From assembly GCA_000004985.1 (NCBI GenBank), contig GG738850.1: a DNA stretch of 64,000 nucleotides; one strand, 5' to 3'. The position numbers were made by a program, and so were the translations under genes. Of the stretch, positions 10,179-20,979 are shown in pieces. The notes beneath the pieces were generated by a model that searched no databases, had not been told where the DNA came from, and worked only from the letters and a program-made list of their open reading frames with translations. This stretch comes from Naegleria gruberi (taxonomy: Eukaryota). Each line of letters starts with the position of its first letter. Position 1 is the stretch's first letter.

Positions 10179-11930
10179 ATGTATCGACTTGATGATGTCA
10201 AGAGGTGCGAAACAGAAATAATAAAAAAAGAATTAAAAAAAATGATGACGACTTTGCTGGCGAGAAAGAGACATCAACAATCATTCTTTCATCTCACTCT
10301 TCTCTTAATTTTAATAGGAGTGGTTGCTGTAGTAAAGTCTGAAATATTTAATTTTAAAGATTCTAAAGTACATTATGGATCATTCATAGTAAAAAGATTA
10401 TCCATTGTTACGGAAAAGAGAGCATCATCATCTTTTTTAACCTTGTCTAAACTCCGAAAGCCATCTCTCACTTTGGATTTTAATATTAATCATGAAGAAG
10501 GTGTAGATAATACAATGTTTTCTATGGTTGTATTTGGTGAAGATTTGCAAACATTATTTAATAATGCATCGGAGAATTATTATTCGTTGAGTAGTCTTTT
10601 AACTGATAAAGTTTGCGAAAATCATGTTGCCATATCAAAGAGATCACATTTAACTCGTTTCACTCATAGAATGCATGCAAAATATGAAGATTTTACAAAA
10701 TCAGGAATTTATTATGCAATTATTTTGAATTGTGACACTGATAGTAGTCAAAAGTCAATGACAATTACCACTGGTACTATCAGATACACTAATCCTTTTG
10801 GTCAATTGAGTGCTGAACAATATAGTAATCTTCCATTTTATGCTATCATGTCTATTGCTACGTTCAGTATTGGTATCATTTACATTCTTTCAGTTCTTGG
10901 ATTTGAAATTGAGTGCAAGAGACCTTTTGGAATTCAATTTATTAAGAAATTGTTATTCTGGAGAAAGGATACTACTAGGGAAACACAGGCTCCAAAGAAG
11001 AAACCAGAGAAACTTGTTGGATCTTATTCTATTATAGTCTGGATTTGTGTTGTACTTTTATTATTCCTCTTTGAAAATTCATTCTCTTTTGCCATGTATC
11101 AATATATTGATATGAATGGATTGAATAGTAACTTTTTATATACAGGAGCTTCATTATTCCACATGCTTAGAAAATTGTTCAGCAGAGTATTTATTTTATT
11201 GTTGTGCATGGGGTATGGATCTATCAGAGATATCATTGGAGGTGTCAAGTCAATTTTAATATGGACCTATGCTTTTGTTTATGCTATGGCAGTTATTGCA
11301 AGTGAATTGGTAGATATGCTTTTCATCAAAGTTCATTTAATGAGCCCATTTGTTGCCAGTATCCTATCAACACCAATCATTTTCCTTGATATCATTGCAT
11401 TCTTATGGATTATTGGTGAACTCTTCACACTCATGAAACAACTAAAGAGAAAGGGTCAAGGAGATAGATTAAGCGTATTTATTTCCCTCACAGTAACAAT
11501 TATTTTCTATTTTATTGCTACTGTTGGTTGGGTTGTTTACTCTTACTTTATTCTTGATAACTCTGATCAATTCCAATATGATAAGAGGTGGGAAACTAAT
11601 TGGACTGTTGGAGCTGTATGGTCAATTATATTTATGGTTGTAATGATTGCTATTATGGTTATCTTCAGAAAGAGTAACATTATTAAGGTCCAAAGATTAG
11701 GAATTGAAAAGGAACAAAAGTATGCCCAACTTTCACAAAATGATGACGAAGATCAAGATGTCAAACAAATTCATGAAAAGTTAGAAAATGAAGAAGAATT
11801 AGATGAAATTATTGACAGAAAAGTCCAAAAGAAGGAATCGGTTGACACTAAACGACCAGGTTTTACAATTGATGATATTAGTGAAGAGGAAGATGATGGT
11901 GATCTAGAAGCTGTTGTCAAAAACAACTAA
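10179..11930 (+). CDS. Seven-transmembrane protein with an N-terminal lumenal domain, GPR107/TMEM87 (Lung_7-TM_R)-like.
   Basis: The track ORF starts at a TTG at 10137; the first ATG is at 10179 (MYRLDD..). A later MMTTLL start ahead of a signal-anchor is also possible. A lumenal segment of about 170 aa is followed by seven hydrophobic helices and an acidic tail. The family assignment comes from topology only. Confidence 0.45.
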   Translation: MYRLDDVKRCETEIIKKELKKMMTTLLARKRHQQSFFHLTLLLILIGVVAVVKSEIFNFKDSKVHYGSFIVKRLSIVTEKRASSSFLTLSKLRKPSLTLDFNINHEEGVDNTMFSMVVFGEDLQTLFNNASENYYSLSSLLTDKVCENHVAISKRSHLTRFTHRMHAKYEDFTKSGIYYAIILNCDTDSSQKSMTITTGTIRYTNPFGQLSAEQYSNLPFYAIMSIATFSIGIIYILSVLGFEIECKRPFGIQFIKKLLFWRKDTTRETQAPKKKPEKLVGSYSIIVWICVVLLLFLFENSFSFAMYQYIDMNGLNSNFLYTGASLFHMLRKLFSRVFILLLCMGYGSIRDIIGGVKSILIWTYAFVYAMAVIASELVDMLFIKVHLMSPFVASILSTPIIFLDIIAFLWIIGELFTLMKQLKRKGQGDRLSVFISLTVTIIFYFIATVGWVVYSYFILDNSDQFQYDKRWETNWTVGAVWSIIFMVVMIAIMVIFRKSNIIKVQRLGIEKEQKYAQLSQNDDEDQDVKQIHEKLENEEELDEIIDRKVQKKESVDTKRPGFTIDDISEEEDDGDLEAVVKNN

Positions 11931-12213
11931 ATAGTATGAGCATTATATTTAATTTATTGAGAATATAAAAAAACAATATTCAAATTAGAAGAGGATTGTA
12001 ATAAGAGTGTCCAGTGTGTTTGAATAATATCATTGTGAAAATCCTTTTGCATCATCGAAAGATTGTATTTCATGTTCACTTGTTCCATCAACACTTTGGA
12101 GCGAAGAGACACTTCCTTATCTCCTTCAAGTTCATAAACGGGTACAAGTTTTTTAAAAACTGTACGGTTTTTGGCGGTTTTATCAAATAACCTCAATAAA
12201 AAAAATAACGAAA

Positions 12214-14455
12214 ATGCCTCTCAATTGTTGCGGTAAGAAGAAGAAGGGCGAAAATGGAGTAGAGGAAAAGGATGATTTTGATAAGAAACAAGTCCCATCA
12301 GAGTATGGTGTAAATAGAAAAAGATCTTGTACCGATGTATTATGTATTCCAGTGTTTATTTTGTTCTGGATTGGCTTATTTATTATTGCTGGTTTCGGTT
12401 TTTGGTCAGGAAATCCAGCAACTCTTGTAGAACCTTTAGATTATGCTGGTAATATGTGCGGATATGCTGTTGGAAAAGGAAATTCTAATGTCTTTGATTT
12501 ATCGAACAGGACATATTTATGGTATCCTTTCGAGTTCAGACCAGACCAATTGAAAGATATTACTACCTCTAGGTTAATTTCTGCCTTAGGGCTTGGCATT
12601 TGCGTGGAATCCTGCCCTGAGAATGTAGTCAGCCTTATTAGCCCTTTAACAAATCCTCTATGGGATGCAATTGTTTGTAGATATGACTCTAATGCAACAA
12701 CTGCTTATGATAAGGCCTTGCTTGCCTACAATGGTGATGGCTGTTATTTCAACTATTTTACTCATGAACCATGTAAGCATTTCTTTTTACATTTAACTTC
12801 AACAACAATCAGTCTTTAAAAGATGCATTCCAACCTTTGAAAATTCAACCATTGATTCATTTACTAAATTAACTTTCCAACAAACTTTGAAAATTTCAAA
12901 TGGACTCAAACAGGGATTGAGTGAGGTTGGAAAATCATGGCTGCCGATTCTTATTTCATCAGTTTTATGCGTGATTTTATGTTTTGTATTTGTATTATTT
13001 ATGAGACTATTTGTTGGAATTGTAGTAAGGGTTATTGTTATGGCATTCGGTATTGTTTTGGGTGTTGCTGGTGGTTATATTCTATATATCGGTGTCAAGA
13101 AATATGTTGCATCAGAAGTAGATGGTGTTATTGACACTGATTTAAGAACTGCTGCAAATTGGTGGTTGGCCATTGGTGGTATTATTTTATCAATTTTACT
13201 TATTTACTTAGTATTAATGATTTTCCTTTGGGGTAGAATTAGTAAGGCTATTGCAATTATTAAGGAAGGAAGTAGAGCTGTTAACAAATTCCCATCTATG
13301 ATTATTATCCCAGCAGTTATGTTCTTTTTAATTTGTGGTTTAACAGTATGGTGGGCAACTGTTTCTATTTTCCTTCAAAGTACTCAAAAGCCTGTCACAA
13401 TTAGCTCAACTGATGCTAGATGGGCTTCCTATATGAATTCTATATCGGACTTTATGAACACCTCTAGATTGGCAAATAGTTCAATTACTATTGATCAAGG
13501 AACAACAGCTCTCCAAGTATTGAACTTGTATAATTTATTTTCATATTTCTGGGCTGTTGCATTTGTAGATGCCTTGGCATATGTAACAATTGCAGGTGTA
13601 GTTGCATCTTGGTATTTTGGTGGTATTGGTGATGACAAGAAGTCTGAAAAATTCTCAGTTGCAAAGTCATTTTGGAGAGCAATTAGATACCATATCGGCT
13701 CCATTATCTTTGGTTCGTTGGTAGTTGCGATTGTTCAGATGATAAGGTACCTATTTAAGAAGTTAAAGTCGCGGTTTGAAAATTTAGCAAAAGCAAACAC
13801 AGTAGCTACATGGATTTTGAAAGTATTTGATGGAATATTGTGGGTGATTGAAAAGATTGTCAAGTTTATGAACAAGAATGCTTACATCATGATTGCTATT
13901 CACGGTGGAAACTTTTTAATGAGTTCTTCTAGAGGTTTTATGATCGTGCTTGAAAATATTTTGATTGTTGGTACTACTAACACAATCAGTGATGTGGTCT
14001 TGTTCCTTGGTAAGATTTTGTTAACAGTTGTTAGCTCTGTAATCTGCTATTTGATTATTGACTTGAACAATATGTATCTCTTCTTTAACCCAGTACTTCC
14101 AGCAATTGAATATGGTATCATTCCCTCTCTTGTTTGCGCTGTCATTACTTTCATTATCACCACTCTTTTCATGAATCTTTACGATACAGCTATTGATACT
14201 ATTTTATTGTGTGTCAGTTATGAGTTGTGGATCAATCCTGGTGAATGTAAGGGCCCATACTTTATGACCTCAAGATTGAGAAAGATATATCTTGGAAAGT
14301 TAAAGATGGATCGTATTGGTGATTTCTCAAGTTGTTGCAGTTGTTTCAAGAAGGACAAGGATGAAAACAGAGTCACCACAGTGGACAATAAGGAAATGGA
14401 TACTTCCAATAAGGACACGAAATCCAAAGCATCACAAGATAAAAACAAAATGTAA
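12214..14455 (+). CDS. Choline transporter-like (CTL/SLC44) membrane protein. Two exons: join(12214..12772,12813..14455), about 733 aa.
   Basis: Exon 1 has the CTL N-terminus (RSCTDVLCIPVFILFWIGLFII). Exon 2 has the CTL core (WRAIRYHIGSIIFGSLVVAIVQMIRYL...FMNKNAYIMIAIHGGNFLMSS). The two track ORFs are in different frames. A GTAAGC donor at 12773 and a CAG acceptor at 12811-12812 give a 40-nt phase-1 intron and restore ...HEPFFKRCIPTF..., which is conserved with CTL (GRCFPW). Confidence 0.75.
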
Positions 14456-14468
14456 ATAAATTATCAGT

Positions 14469-15755
14469 TTAGAAAAAGTCAATGTCCATTAATTTGTTTT
14501 CATCTAAAAATCGTTCGTTATCCATTTCTATATCAAATGGTTTGGTGAATGTGATAGAAAGTTCAGATTTTCTCTTTTCTTCTTCTTCTCTTTGTTTCCT
14601 GTCCAGAATTGATTTGTGTTGGTGTTGTTGATATTGGAAAGCTGTTACTGCAGCTTGATATTGTCTTTGTTTGAGTGTTTCTTCATCCATTTGATTCAGT
14701 TGTTTCTTATTATGTTGAACTCTTCCCCAAGAAACTCTTACTCTATTTCCTTGAATTTCTATACCGTTCATTTCAATAATTGCTCTTTCTGCATGTTCTG
14801 TTCTTGTAAAATTAATAAAACCACAATTACTATTAGTTGGTATCTTTACAGAGGTAATTGGTCCATAACCTTGGAAAAATTCTCTTAAAATCTTTTCATC
14901 AGTATTAGGTGACAAGTTACCAACATAGACAGTTGTATTTTCTTGTTCAAGTGGATCAGTTGTAATAATTGTAGTTGGCATTAAATCTTCTGGAATAGTT
15001 TGTGGAATTATATTTGTTGGTATAGATGGTAATGCATTATTATTAAATAAATTTTGAGAAAGACCAGTTCCAGCCAAAGTACCTAGAGCTCCCTGACTCT
15101 TGAAATTATTGGTAGCATGTGAAATTTTAACAGGTCTAGAAGAAATATAAACTCCTTGCATTTCAGTCATTGATCTCATCATATCATCTTCATCAGCAAA
15201 TTTTACAAAACCATAACCTTTAGAAATACCACTTTTTGGATCCATAACAACTTTAGCACCTCTAACACTTGGATATCTATTTCTAAATGTTTGTTCTAAC
15301 ATGTAATCATTCACATCAGGTGCTAAATCACCAACGAAAATAGAAACAATATTTTCCTTTCCACCTGATGATGGTTTTCCACCAGGTTGACTTGAGAATA
15401 ATGGATTTGATCCTTGATTTTGTGCTGCCCAATTTAATCTATAAATCTTATTCGGAAGTGTTGGTATTGGTTTTCCTGCATAGGACTCTAAAACTGCTTT
15501 AGCAATTTCTATTGATGCAAATTCTACAAATCCGTAACCAATAGATTTTCCTGTATTTCTATCTTTAATAATCTTTACAGAATTAATTGATGGTCGAATA
15601 TCATTAGCAAATAATTTCTTTACATATTCATCGTCCATAGAATCATCCAAATCACCCATCCACAATGTTCTTGCTTTTTGATTACTTTTATCGTTCATTC
15701 CTCCCGATGATGATGATGGAATGAAGCCTCCTCTCTGTTCACGTCTATTAAACAT
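14469..15755 (-). CDS. RNA-binding protein with three RRMs, TIA1/PUB1/Nam8-like.
   Basis: Three RRMs with RNP1/RNP2 motifs (KSIGYGFVEF, KGYGFVKF, CGFINF). The ATG is at 15755 (MFNRREQRGG); the track extends to a non-ATG start at 15857. Confidence 0.75.
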   Translation of the reverse strand: MFNRREQRGGFIPSSSSGGMNDKSNQKARTLWMGDLDDSMDDEYVKKLFANDIRPSINSVKIIKDRNTGKSIGYGFVEFASIEIAKAVLESYAGKPIPTLPNKIYRLNWAAQNQGSNPLFSSQPGGKPSSGGKENIVSIFVGDLAPDVNDYMLEQTFRNRYPSVRGAKVVMDPKSGISKGYGFVKFADEDDMMRSMTEMQGVYISSRPVKISHATNNFKSQGALGTLAGTGLSQNLFNNNALPSIPTNIIPQTIPEDLMPTTIITTDPLEQENTTVYVGNLSPNTDEKILREFFQGYGPITSVKIPTNSNCGFINFTRTEHAERAIIEMNGIEIQGNRVRVSWGRVQHNKKQLNQMDEETLKQRQYQAAVTAFQYQQHQHKSILDRKQREEEEKRKSELSITFTKPFDIEMDNERFLDENKLMDIDFF

Positions 15756-15937
15756 TTTTTTTATTTGATCTTTTTTTGAATGTGTTGTTTGCGAATGAAC
15801 AGAAATTAAATAATTGAATAATTGTAAATATTTAAACTTACTGATTTGATAATACATTCAATTACTAAAGCATTACGATAATTAATGTGCACTAAAATAT
15901 TCTCTAAATTTCAGTTAATTTATTTTTAATAGTTTTT

Positions 15938-16240
15938 TTAATTCCTATCATTGATTATTCTTTTAATTTCCAAATAAATTTGTTCTTCTGTACTGCTTCT
16001 TGTCACTGAGACTATTTTACATTTGGAGACAGCTTCAAAATATTGGAGTGCAATTTGTACATCAGAGATTTGACTGGTTGGAGCTTGTTCATCCTTAAAG
16101 TATATACACATTTCAAATTCATTAATTTCTTGTTCCGTATTGACAACATCTGCTATTGTTTGTGGATAATTAATTAACATGAAATCTCTGTAATTTGATA
16201 TTTCCATATATTCTTCGATTTCAACTTTCAATTCTTGCAT
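15938..16240 (-). CDS. Hypothetical 100-aa protein.
   Basis: ATG-initiated ORF immediately downstream of the DPY-30-like ORF, in a different frame. I found no splice that joins the two. No family recognised. Confidence 0.35.
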   Translation of the reverse strand: MQELKVEIEEYMEISNYRDFMLINYPQTIADVVNTEQEINEFEMCIYFKDEQAPTSQISDVQIALQYFEAVSKCKIVSVTRSSTEEQIYLEIKRIINDRN

Positions 16241-16313
16241 ATTTGGGAAGTTTTTAGTGTTAATGCTAGTTTTTAAATCAATTATTCCAATTTCTATTCA
16301 AAACATGCAATAC

Positions 16314-16652
16314 CTACATTTTCATGTTCATATCTGTTGCAATATGTTTGATGGCTTGATGTATTTCAAAATCTTCCTTAGTGTCTGTAATAATACCTAT
16401 CAATCTTGGCTTTGGAGATGTAGTAGCCTCCATTCCAAATTCTTTAATTTGTTTTAACCGATCCACCAATGCAGGATATGCTTGATTAGGTCTATGTACA
16501 ATCAATTCATAAATTAATTTTGAGAATAATTCCTTAATTCTATGTGATGCTAAATAATCTTGTGCTTGTTTGATTCTCTCCAAATTTTGTTTTTGTTCCT
16601 CCGATGTTGGCAATGAACCATACACCATACCTGCTTTCTCCTTTGATGACAT
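16314..16652 (-). CDS. Small protein with a DPY-30/RIIa-type dimerisation-docking motif.
   Basis: 112 aa. YLASHRIKELFSKLIYELIVHRPNQAYPALVDRLKQI resembles the DPY-30/RIIa helix-turn-helix (YL.q.v.piL..gL..l...RP.dPi.fLa.yL). Confidence 0.5.
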   Translation of the reverse strand: MSSKEKAGMVYGSLPTSEEQKQNLERIKQAQDYLASHRIKELFSKLIYELIVHRPNQAYPALVDRLKQIKEFGMEATTSPKPRLIGIITDTKEDFEIHQAIKHIATDMNMKM

Positions 16653-16789
16653 TTTTTTTAAATAAGTTATTGTTGTAGATTAAAAATGGCGGGAAATGAT
16701 AGTCTTTGATAATAGTAATTAAATAAAGTTCAAACTGGTCATTGACTGCAAAATATTTTCAAAGTTACAAAATTGAAGGATTTATTGAA

Positions 16790-18076
16790 CTAGGCCCAAA
16801 ATATTTTAATGTGTTCGGATACAGTTCTACAAAGTGGACACTCTTTCTTAGTTTCTACCTTCTTTAATTGATCTACACATTCATGACAACATACACAATG
16901 CTTACACTCTAAAAATACAATATTTCTTAATTTTTCATTACAAATAACGCACAACAGGTGATCTTCTTCAATTTCTAATTTTTCTAGTTCACCAAACTTG
17001 TCAGATGTTTGTTTTTTCAAATTTTCCAATCCTTTAGTCTTTTTCCAAATATTTAAATGCTTTACATCTACAAAGTGTTGGAATGTATGATCGTGAAGGT
17101 GAATAGGGTTTTCAGTTCCGAACTGTTTAAAATTCTCATGGCAATCTTTACATAAACAATAATCCTCACTTGGTGACAATTCAAAACATGTAACACATTG
17201 ATGAATATTGGTTGATACTGAAGCACTACAACAGTGACATTCCTTTTTTTCCTTGTTTTCAGTACTAGTGGCAGTGCTACTACTAGGAGCTACATTTGAA
17301 GAAGATGGTGGTATAATTTTTACAGCAGAGTTCAAAGTTGTGCTTGTAGTCAATGGAGTTTGATTAATGACAGTACTTGTTGTCATTGGATTGCTAGAGA
17401 TACTACTGCCTACAACACTCGGAAATTGTTGTGGATAGGATGGTGGAGGAGGATTGCTTCTTGGATAGGATGGTGGTGGTTGATAGATATTATTATTCAT
17501 ATTTGACGGATAAGAGCTTGTGATTATTGGTTGTTGAGGATTGTAAGGTCTTGGAGGTTGATAAATCATACTATTTGACATATTATTTGATGTTGTACTA
17601 GTAGTGGTTGGTATTGTTGATGAATTAATCATTGGATTATTCGTCAACATGTTATTATTATTTCTTGATGGTGGATTATTTACAATAACTGAAGAGGAAA
17701 TTGGTTTTGATGAAGTCATCATACTATTATTATTACTAGCAGAAACTCCATGAGTTAGGAATGTATGAAAAGAAGGATGAGAAATTCCCTTTTTCGTATG
17801 AAAACAATTCTCGCAATAGTCAAAATTGCCACACGTTGCACAATGATATCTAACTCCAACAATAGGCTCTACAGAACAACCATCACATCGATAACTGGTA
17901 TGAACAGTTGCTTGTTGTTGTTGAGCAGATCCTGTATTATTATTTGTCGTTGTATTACTCCCATTCACTGATGAAAACATTCTATTACCACCATGATTCA
18001 CCATAGAGGAGGCTAATGATGGTGAAGATGATGAAAAGTTGAACATTTTTTTTAATGGTGTTGTTTGATGTTCCAT
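16790..18076 (-). CDS. ZZ-type zinc finger plus C-terminal RING-HC E3 ubiquitin ligase, Ser/Asn/Pro-rich.
   Basis: ZZ finger (CDGCSVEPIVGVRYHCATCGNFDYCENCFH) and C3HC4 RING (CVICNEKLRNIVFLECKHCVCCHECVDQLKK..CPLCR). The probable ATG is at 18076 (MEHQTTPLKKMFNF); the track start at 18151 is a TTG. Confidence 0.7.
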   Translation of the reverse strand: MEHQTTPLKKMFNFSSSSPSLASSMVNHGGNRMFSSVNGSNTTTNNNTGSAQQQQATVHTSYRCDGCSVEPIVGVRYHCATCGNFDYCENCFHTKKGISHPSFHTFLTHGVSASNNNSMMTSSKPISSSVIVNNPPSRNNNNMLTNNPMINSSTIPTTTSTTSNNMSNSMIYQPPRPYNPQQPIITSSYPSNMNNNIYQPPPSYPRSNPPPPSYPQQFPSVVGSSISSNPMTTSTVINQTPLTTSTTLNSAVKIIPPSSSNVAPSSSTATSTENKEKKECHCCSASVSTNIHQCVTCFELSPSEDYCLCKDCHENFKQFGTENPIHLHDHTFQHFVDVKHLNIWKKTKGLENLKKQTSDKFGELEKLEIEEDHLLCVICNEKLRNIVFLECKHCVCCHECVDQLKKVETKKECPLCRTVSEHIKIFWA

Positions 18077-18425
18077 GTTACACCATAAAGCAAATGTTCT
18101 AAATATAAAATAGAACGTGAGAAGAATTCCTTTGTTTTGTAAACGTGGCAAAATTAATGATGGGTTTCCTTAATGATAAAGGTATTTCAATTTAGAATCT
18201 GTTCTTCTGAGAAACAATTTCTTAAATCTTTATTAGCCCATTCAGCAGTAGTTTATTCAGATAAGAATAGTGGAACGTGTTGAACTCCCAAACAGTAGCC
18301 AAGAATACAAAGGTACGGTTTTGTTTAAATCTGTTTCTTCAGCTATTATTCTTTGAAAATGCACTCACAGATCAAATGCTTGTGCATATTTTAAGTTACA
18401 GGAACCTTAATTTAAGATGGTTTAT

Positions 18426-18543
18426 GACTACGGCCATATCACGATTCATGCACCTCATCCCGTCCGATTTGAGAAGTTAAGCATCGTCGAGCCACATCAG
18501 TACTGAGGTTGGAGACAACTTGGGAACCTGTGGTGCTGTAGTC
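18426..18543 (+). rRNA. 5S ribosomal RNA gene (~118 nt), dispersed copy.
   Basis: The sequence GACTACGGCCATATCACGATTCATGCACCTCATCCCGTCCGATTTGAGAAGTTAAGCATCGTCGAGCCACATCAGTACTGAGGTTGGAGACAACTTGGGAACCTGTGGTGCTGTAGTC has the conserved 5S blocks (GGCCATA, CCCGTCCGAT.TG.GAAGTTAAGC, AGTACT, TGGGA.ACC, GGTGCTGTAG). Its 5' and 3' ends pair (GACTAC/GTAGTC) and a T5 run follows. Confidence 0.9.
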
Positions 18544-18548
18544 TTTTT
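18544..18548 (+). terminator. Pol III terminator (TTTTT) immediately 3' of the 5S gene.
   Basis: gtcTTTTTat follows directly after the 5S 3' helix. Confidence 0.6.
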
Positions 18549-18662
18549 ATTCTTTCTAATATTGAGCTTTATCGATAAAGTAATCGAGTAAACATACAAG
18601 TATTTATCTATCCATCTCTATCATTTGAAAATTTTGGCAAGTTAAAATTGATATCATTCAGA

Positions 18663-18733
18663 TGCGTCGACCGGGAATTGAACCCGGGTCACGGCGATGG
18701 CAACGCCGTATTCTACCACTAAACCATCGACGC
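18663..18733 (-). tRNA. tRNA-Gly (anticodon GCC).
   Basis: Reverse complement is GCGTCGATGGTTTAGTGGTAGAATACGGCGTTGCCATCGCCGTGACCCGGGTTCAATTCCCGGTCGACGC(A). It folds as a cloverleaf: 7-bp acceptor stem, A box TAGTGGTAGAAT, B box GGTTCAATTCC, anticodon loop TTGCCAT. Confidence 0.9.
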
Positions 18734-19073
18734 TTCTTACTAAGGTATTAAGGATTGTTTGGTTCTAGAAATTAAAGTAAATTGCCTTTATAATCTGACA
18801 ATTGTCAAAGTTGGAGCTTTCCTCACAATATACTGCTTCGGATTCCTCTGTAGCAATGTTTTAGAATACTTAAACCTTGTGTTTGATTTGTCAAATACTT
18901 GTTTCAAGTTCTCTGTGAAGATATGATTGTTCCATACTTGTATACCTGCTTAATTGCTCACAATTCTTCAATAATGATATTTGTTTAATAAATATGTTTT
19001 GAAAGAGTGATAACAGATTAAAATATCAATATTCCATTCAATGCAAATACAATACAAAATACAAGTAGCTTTA

Positions 19074-20291
19074 TTACAAAAACATTCCAATCAATGCCAA
19101 CATGACAATTAAAACGCTTCCAAACTTAATACTAACAGCATCACTTGTGGAAGATGCAGATGTATCCTCAGTACCAACACTAGGGTCCCAAATGAAATTG
19201 GAAACTTGTTCAGTGAAGGAAACATAAAATCTAACAACCTTTGCACTGGAAATATCAGCAGTAATGGCACCATAAGCCAATGTATTAGTATTTGCAATGG
19301 TGGCTGTTGAAGTTGAGGTAGAAACCAAAGTGGCTTTGGAAACAACAGTAGATCCAGTGCTATACTTGGAAACATAGGATTGGAATGAAAAGTATGGCTT
19401 TGGAATATTGAAAGTACTTGACAAATTCCAAGAAGAGAGGAAACTAGATTGATCGAATTGGAAAACAATTTGATCAGATGAGGCAGAATCTGGTCTTTCT
19501 TCTGAGGTGGTTGCAAATAAATCTCTGAGACTTCTACTGGATGCCTTCTTGGCCAATGATCCACGATAGGCAAGGAGTGTGGAAATTGCCAATTTACCAT
19601 TTGAATTCAAATAATTAATTCCAGTAAATTCCAAAGATGACTTGTAGGATGATGGAACTAAAACTTGTGAAACTCCTGATCTAGCAACCAATGATGAATC
19701 AGAGAATGTAACCTCATTAGTTGTTAAATAGCCAGTGAATTTAACAGTACACAAAGTTCCAACAGATGCACTTGTTGTAACTTGATAAATATAGGCAGAT
19801 GAAGAAGATGAAATGGAAGTTTTCACAAGAGTTGGAGTTGACCAAGTAAGACCAACCAAAGGATATTCCTTGACAATTGTATCTCCATTTCCTTCTTGAT
19901 ACCCACTAACTCCATCATTGTCCAAATATTCAATTACTTTGTCCACACCGAATGCAGCTCCAACATCAATAGAAATAGTGGTGGACAAGAGAGAGGTAAT
20001 CTTGATGGAAACTCCAGCACTGGCAACAGCTTTAACCATTGGGATAGTACCAAAAGCAGCATAGAATTTAAGTTGAGTGAAGGTTGACAAGCTTGTTCTG
20101 TTAGTTCCCAAATCACAGGTGGCAGCAGAAGTCAAGGAAACTTGTGAACTTGTTGTGGATGTGGTTACATCTCTCTTACATGAGAGATTGTTAGTTTTCA
20201 AACTGAAACTGACAGATGATGCAGCACTAACGACTTGGATAATGAGAAGCAGTAATAAACTAGCTCCAATTACAACGTGTTGTTTTGACAT
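19074..20291 (-). CDS. Ser/Thr-rich secreted, probably GPI-anchored, cell-surface protein (hypothetical).
   Basis: N-terminal signal peptide (MSKQHVVIGASLLLLLIIQVVSA), 405 aa with about 35% S/T, and a C-terminal hydrophobic tail (SIKFGSVLIVMLALIGMFL) typical of a GPI-attachment signal. Confidence 0.6.
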   Translation of the reverse strand: MSKQHVVIGASLLLLLIIQVVSAASSVSFSLKTNNLSCKRDVTTSTTSSQVSLTSAATCDLGTNRTSLSTFTQLKFYAAFGTIPMVKAVASAGVSIKITSLLSTTISIDVGAAFGVDKVIEYLDNDGVSGYQEGNGDTIVKEYPLVGLTWSTPTLVKTSISSSSSAYIYQVTTSASVGTLCTVKFTGYLTTNEVTFSDSSLVARSGVSQVLVPSSYKSSLEFTGINYLNSNGKLAISTLLAYRGSLAKKASSRSLRDLFATTSEERPDSASSDQIVFQFDQSSFLSSWNLSSTFNIPKPYFSFQSYVSKYSTGSTVVSKATLVSTSTSTATIANTNTLAYGAITADISSAKVVRFYVSFTEQVSNFIWDPSVGTEDTSASSTSDAVSIKFGSVLIVMLALIGMFL

Positions 20292-20979
20292 TTTTTTTTG
20301 AAATGTTCTTTGCAGAGAACATTATGTGCCTTTTGTTCGCTCTCTTAGATCTTGTAAAGTGACGAAAGAAATGAAAATGGCACCTAGATTACTTGATTGA
20401 GTTGGTTAGGAAAGTGTTCAATCAGTCACTCAACGGAAGTTTAAGGTTCTAAAAGAGCGAAATTAAGAGTGGACCATTCCAACGTCTCTACATGGGCTTA
20501 TTGTATCTACTCATTACAATATTCTAGTTCCTTTTGTGAAAATCATGCTGAAATTAATTGCATTCTCAGGTTCCAATTCTATAACTCTTCTTCAACAGTT
20601 TAATGATTATTCATCTTGTTTGAGGAGTTTGAGCAACATGATTGAGGAAGTGAAGAGGGATAGAATTTATCATTCATTCCTTATATCAGGAATTTATTGA
20701 CTAGGATTGTAACTGAATCATTGATATTAAACAAATTCATTGAAGATAATAAGTGTTACCAGAGAGGTTTTGCCATTCTTCATATTTTCAAATTGTTTGG
20801 TACAAAAAACTTTGAAAAAATAAATATAAAAAATTCCTTCAAAACTGTGATAATTTTCTAGATGATTAAAATAGATGAAAACATGAAATTTCAGATTTAG
20901 GTAGACACAAATGTCTACTTTTATCTATAAAAAATTGAATTATTGAGGTTTAGTATCTATAACCTAAAAAAGTAATTCC

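Noticed and set aside
11954-12196. 80-aa minus-strand ORF between the 7TM gene and the CTL gene
   Set aside because: It lies in the AT-rich intergenic/promoter region, has a low-complexity sequence and no homology signal.
19109-20301. Alternative-frame ORFs (19109..19600 -, 19896..20087 +, 19934..20116 -, 20077..20301 +) overlapping the Ser/Thr-rich surface-protein gene
   Set aside because: Out-of-frame overlaps with a 405-aa ORF that has a signal peptide and GPI-type tail. The alternatives are low-complexity.
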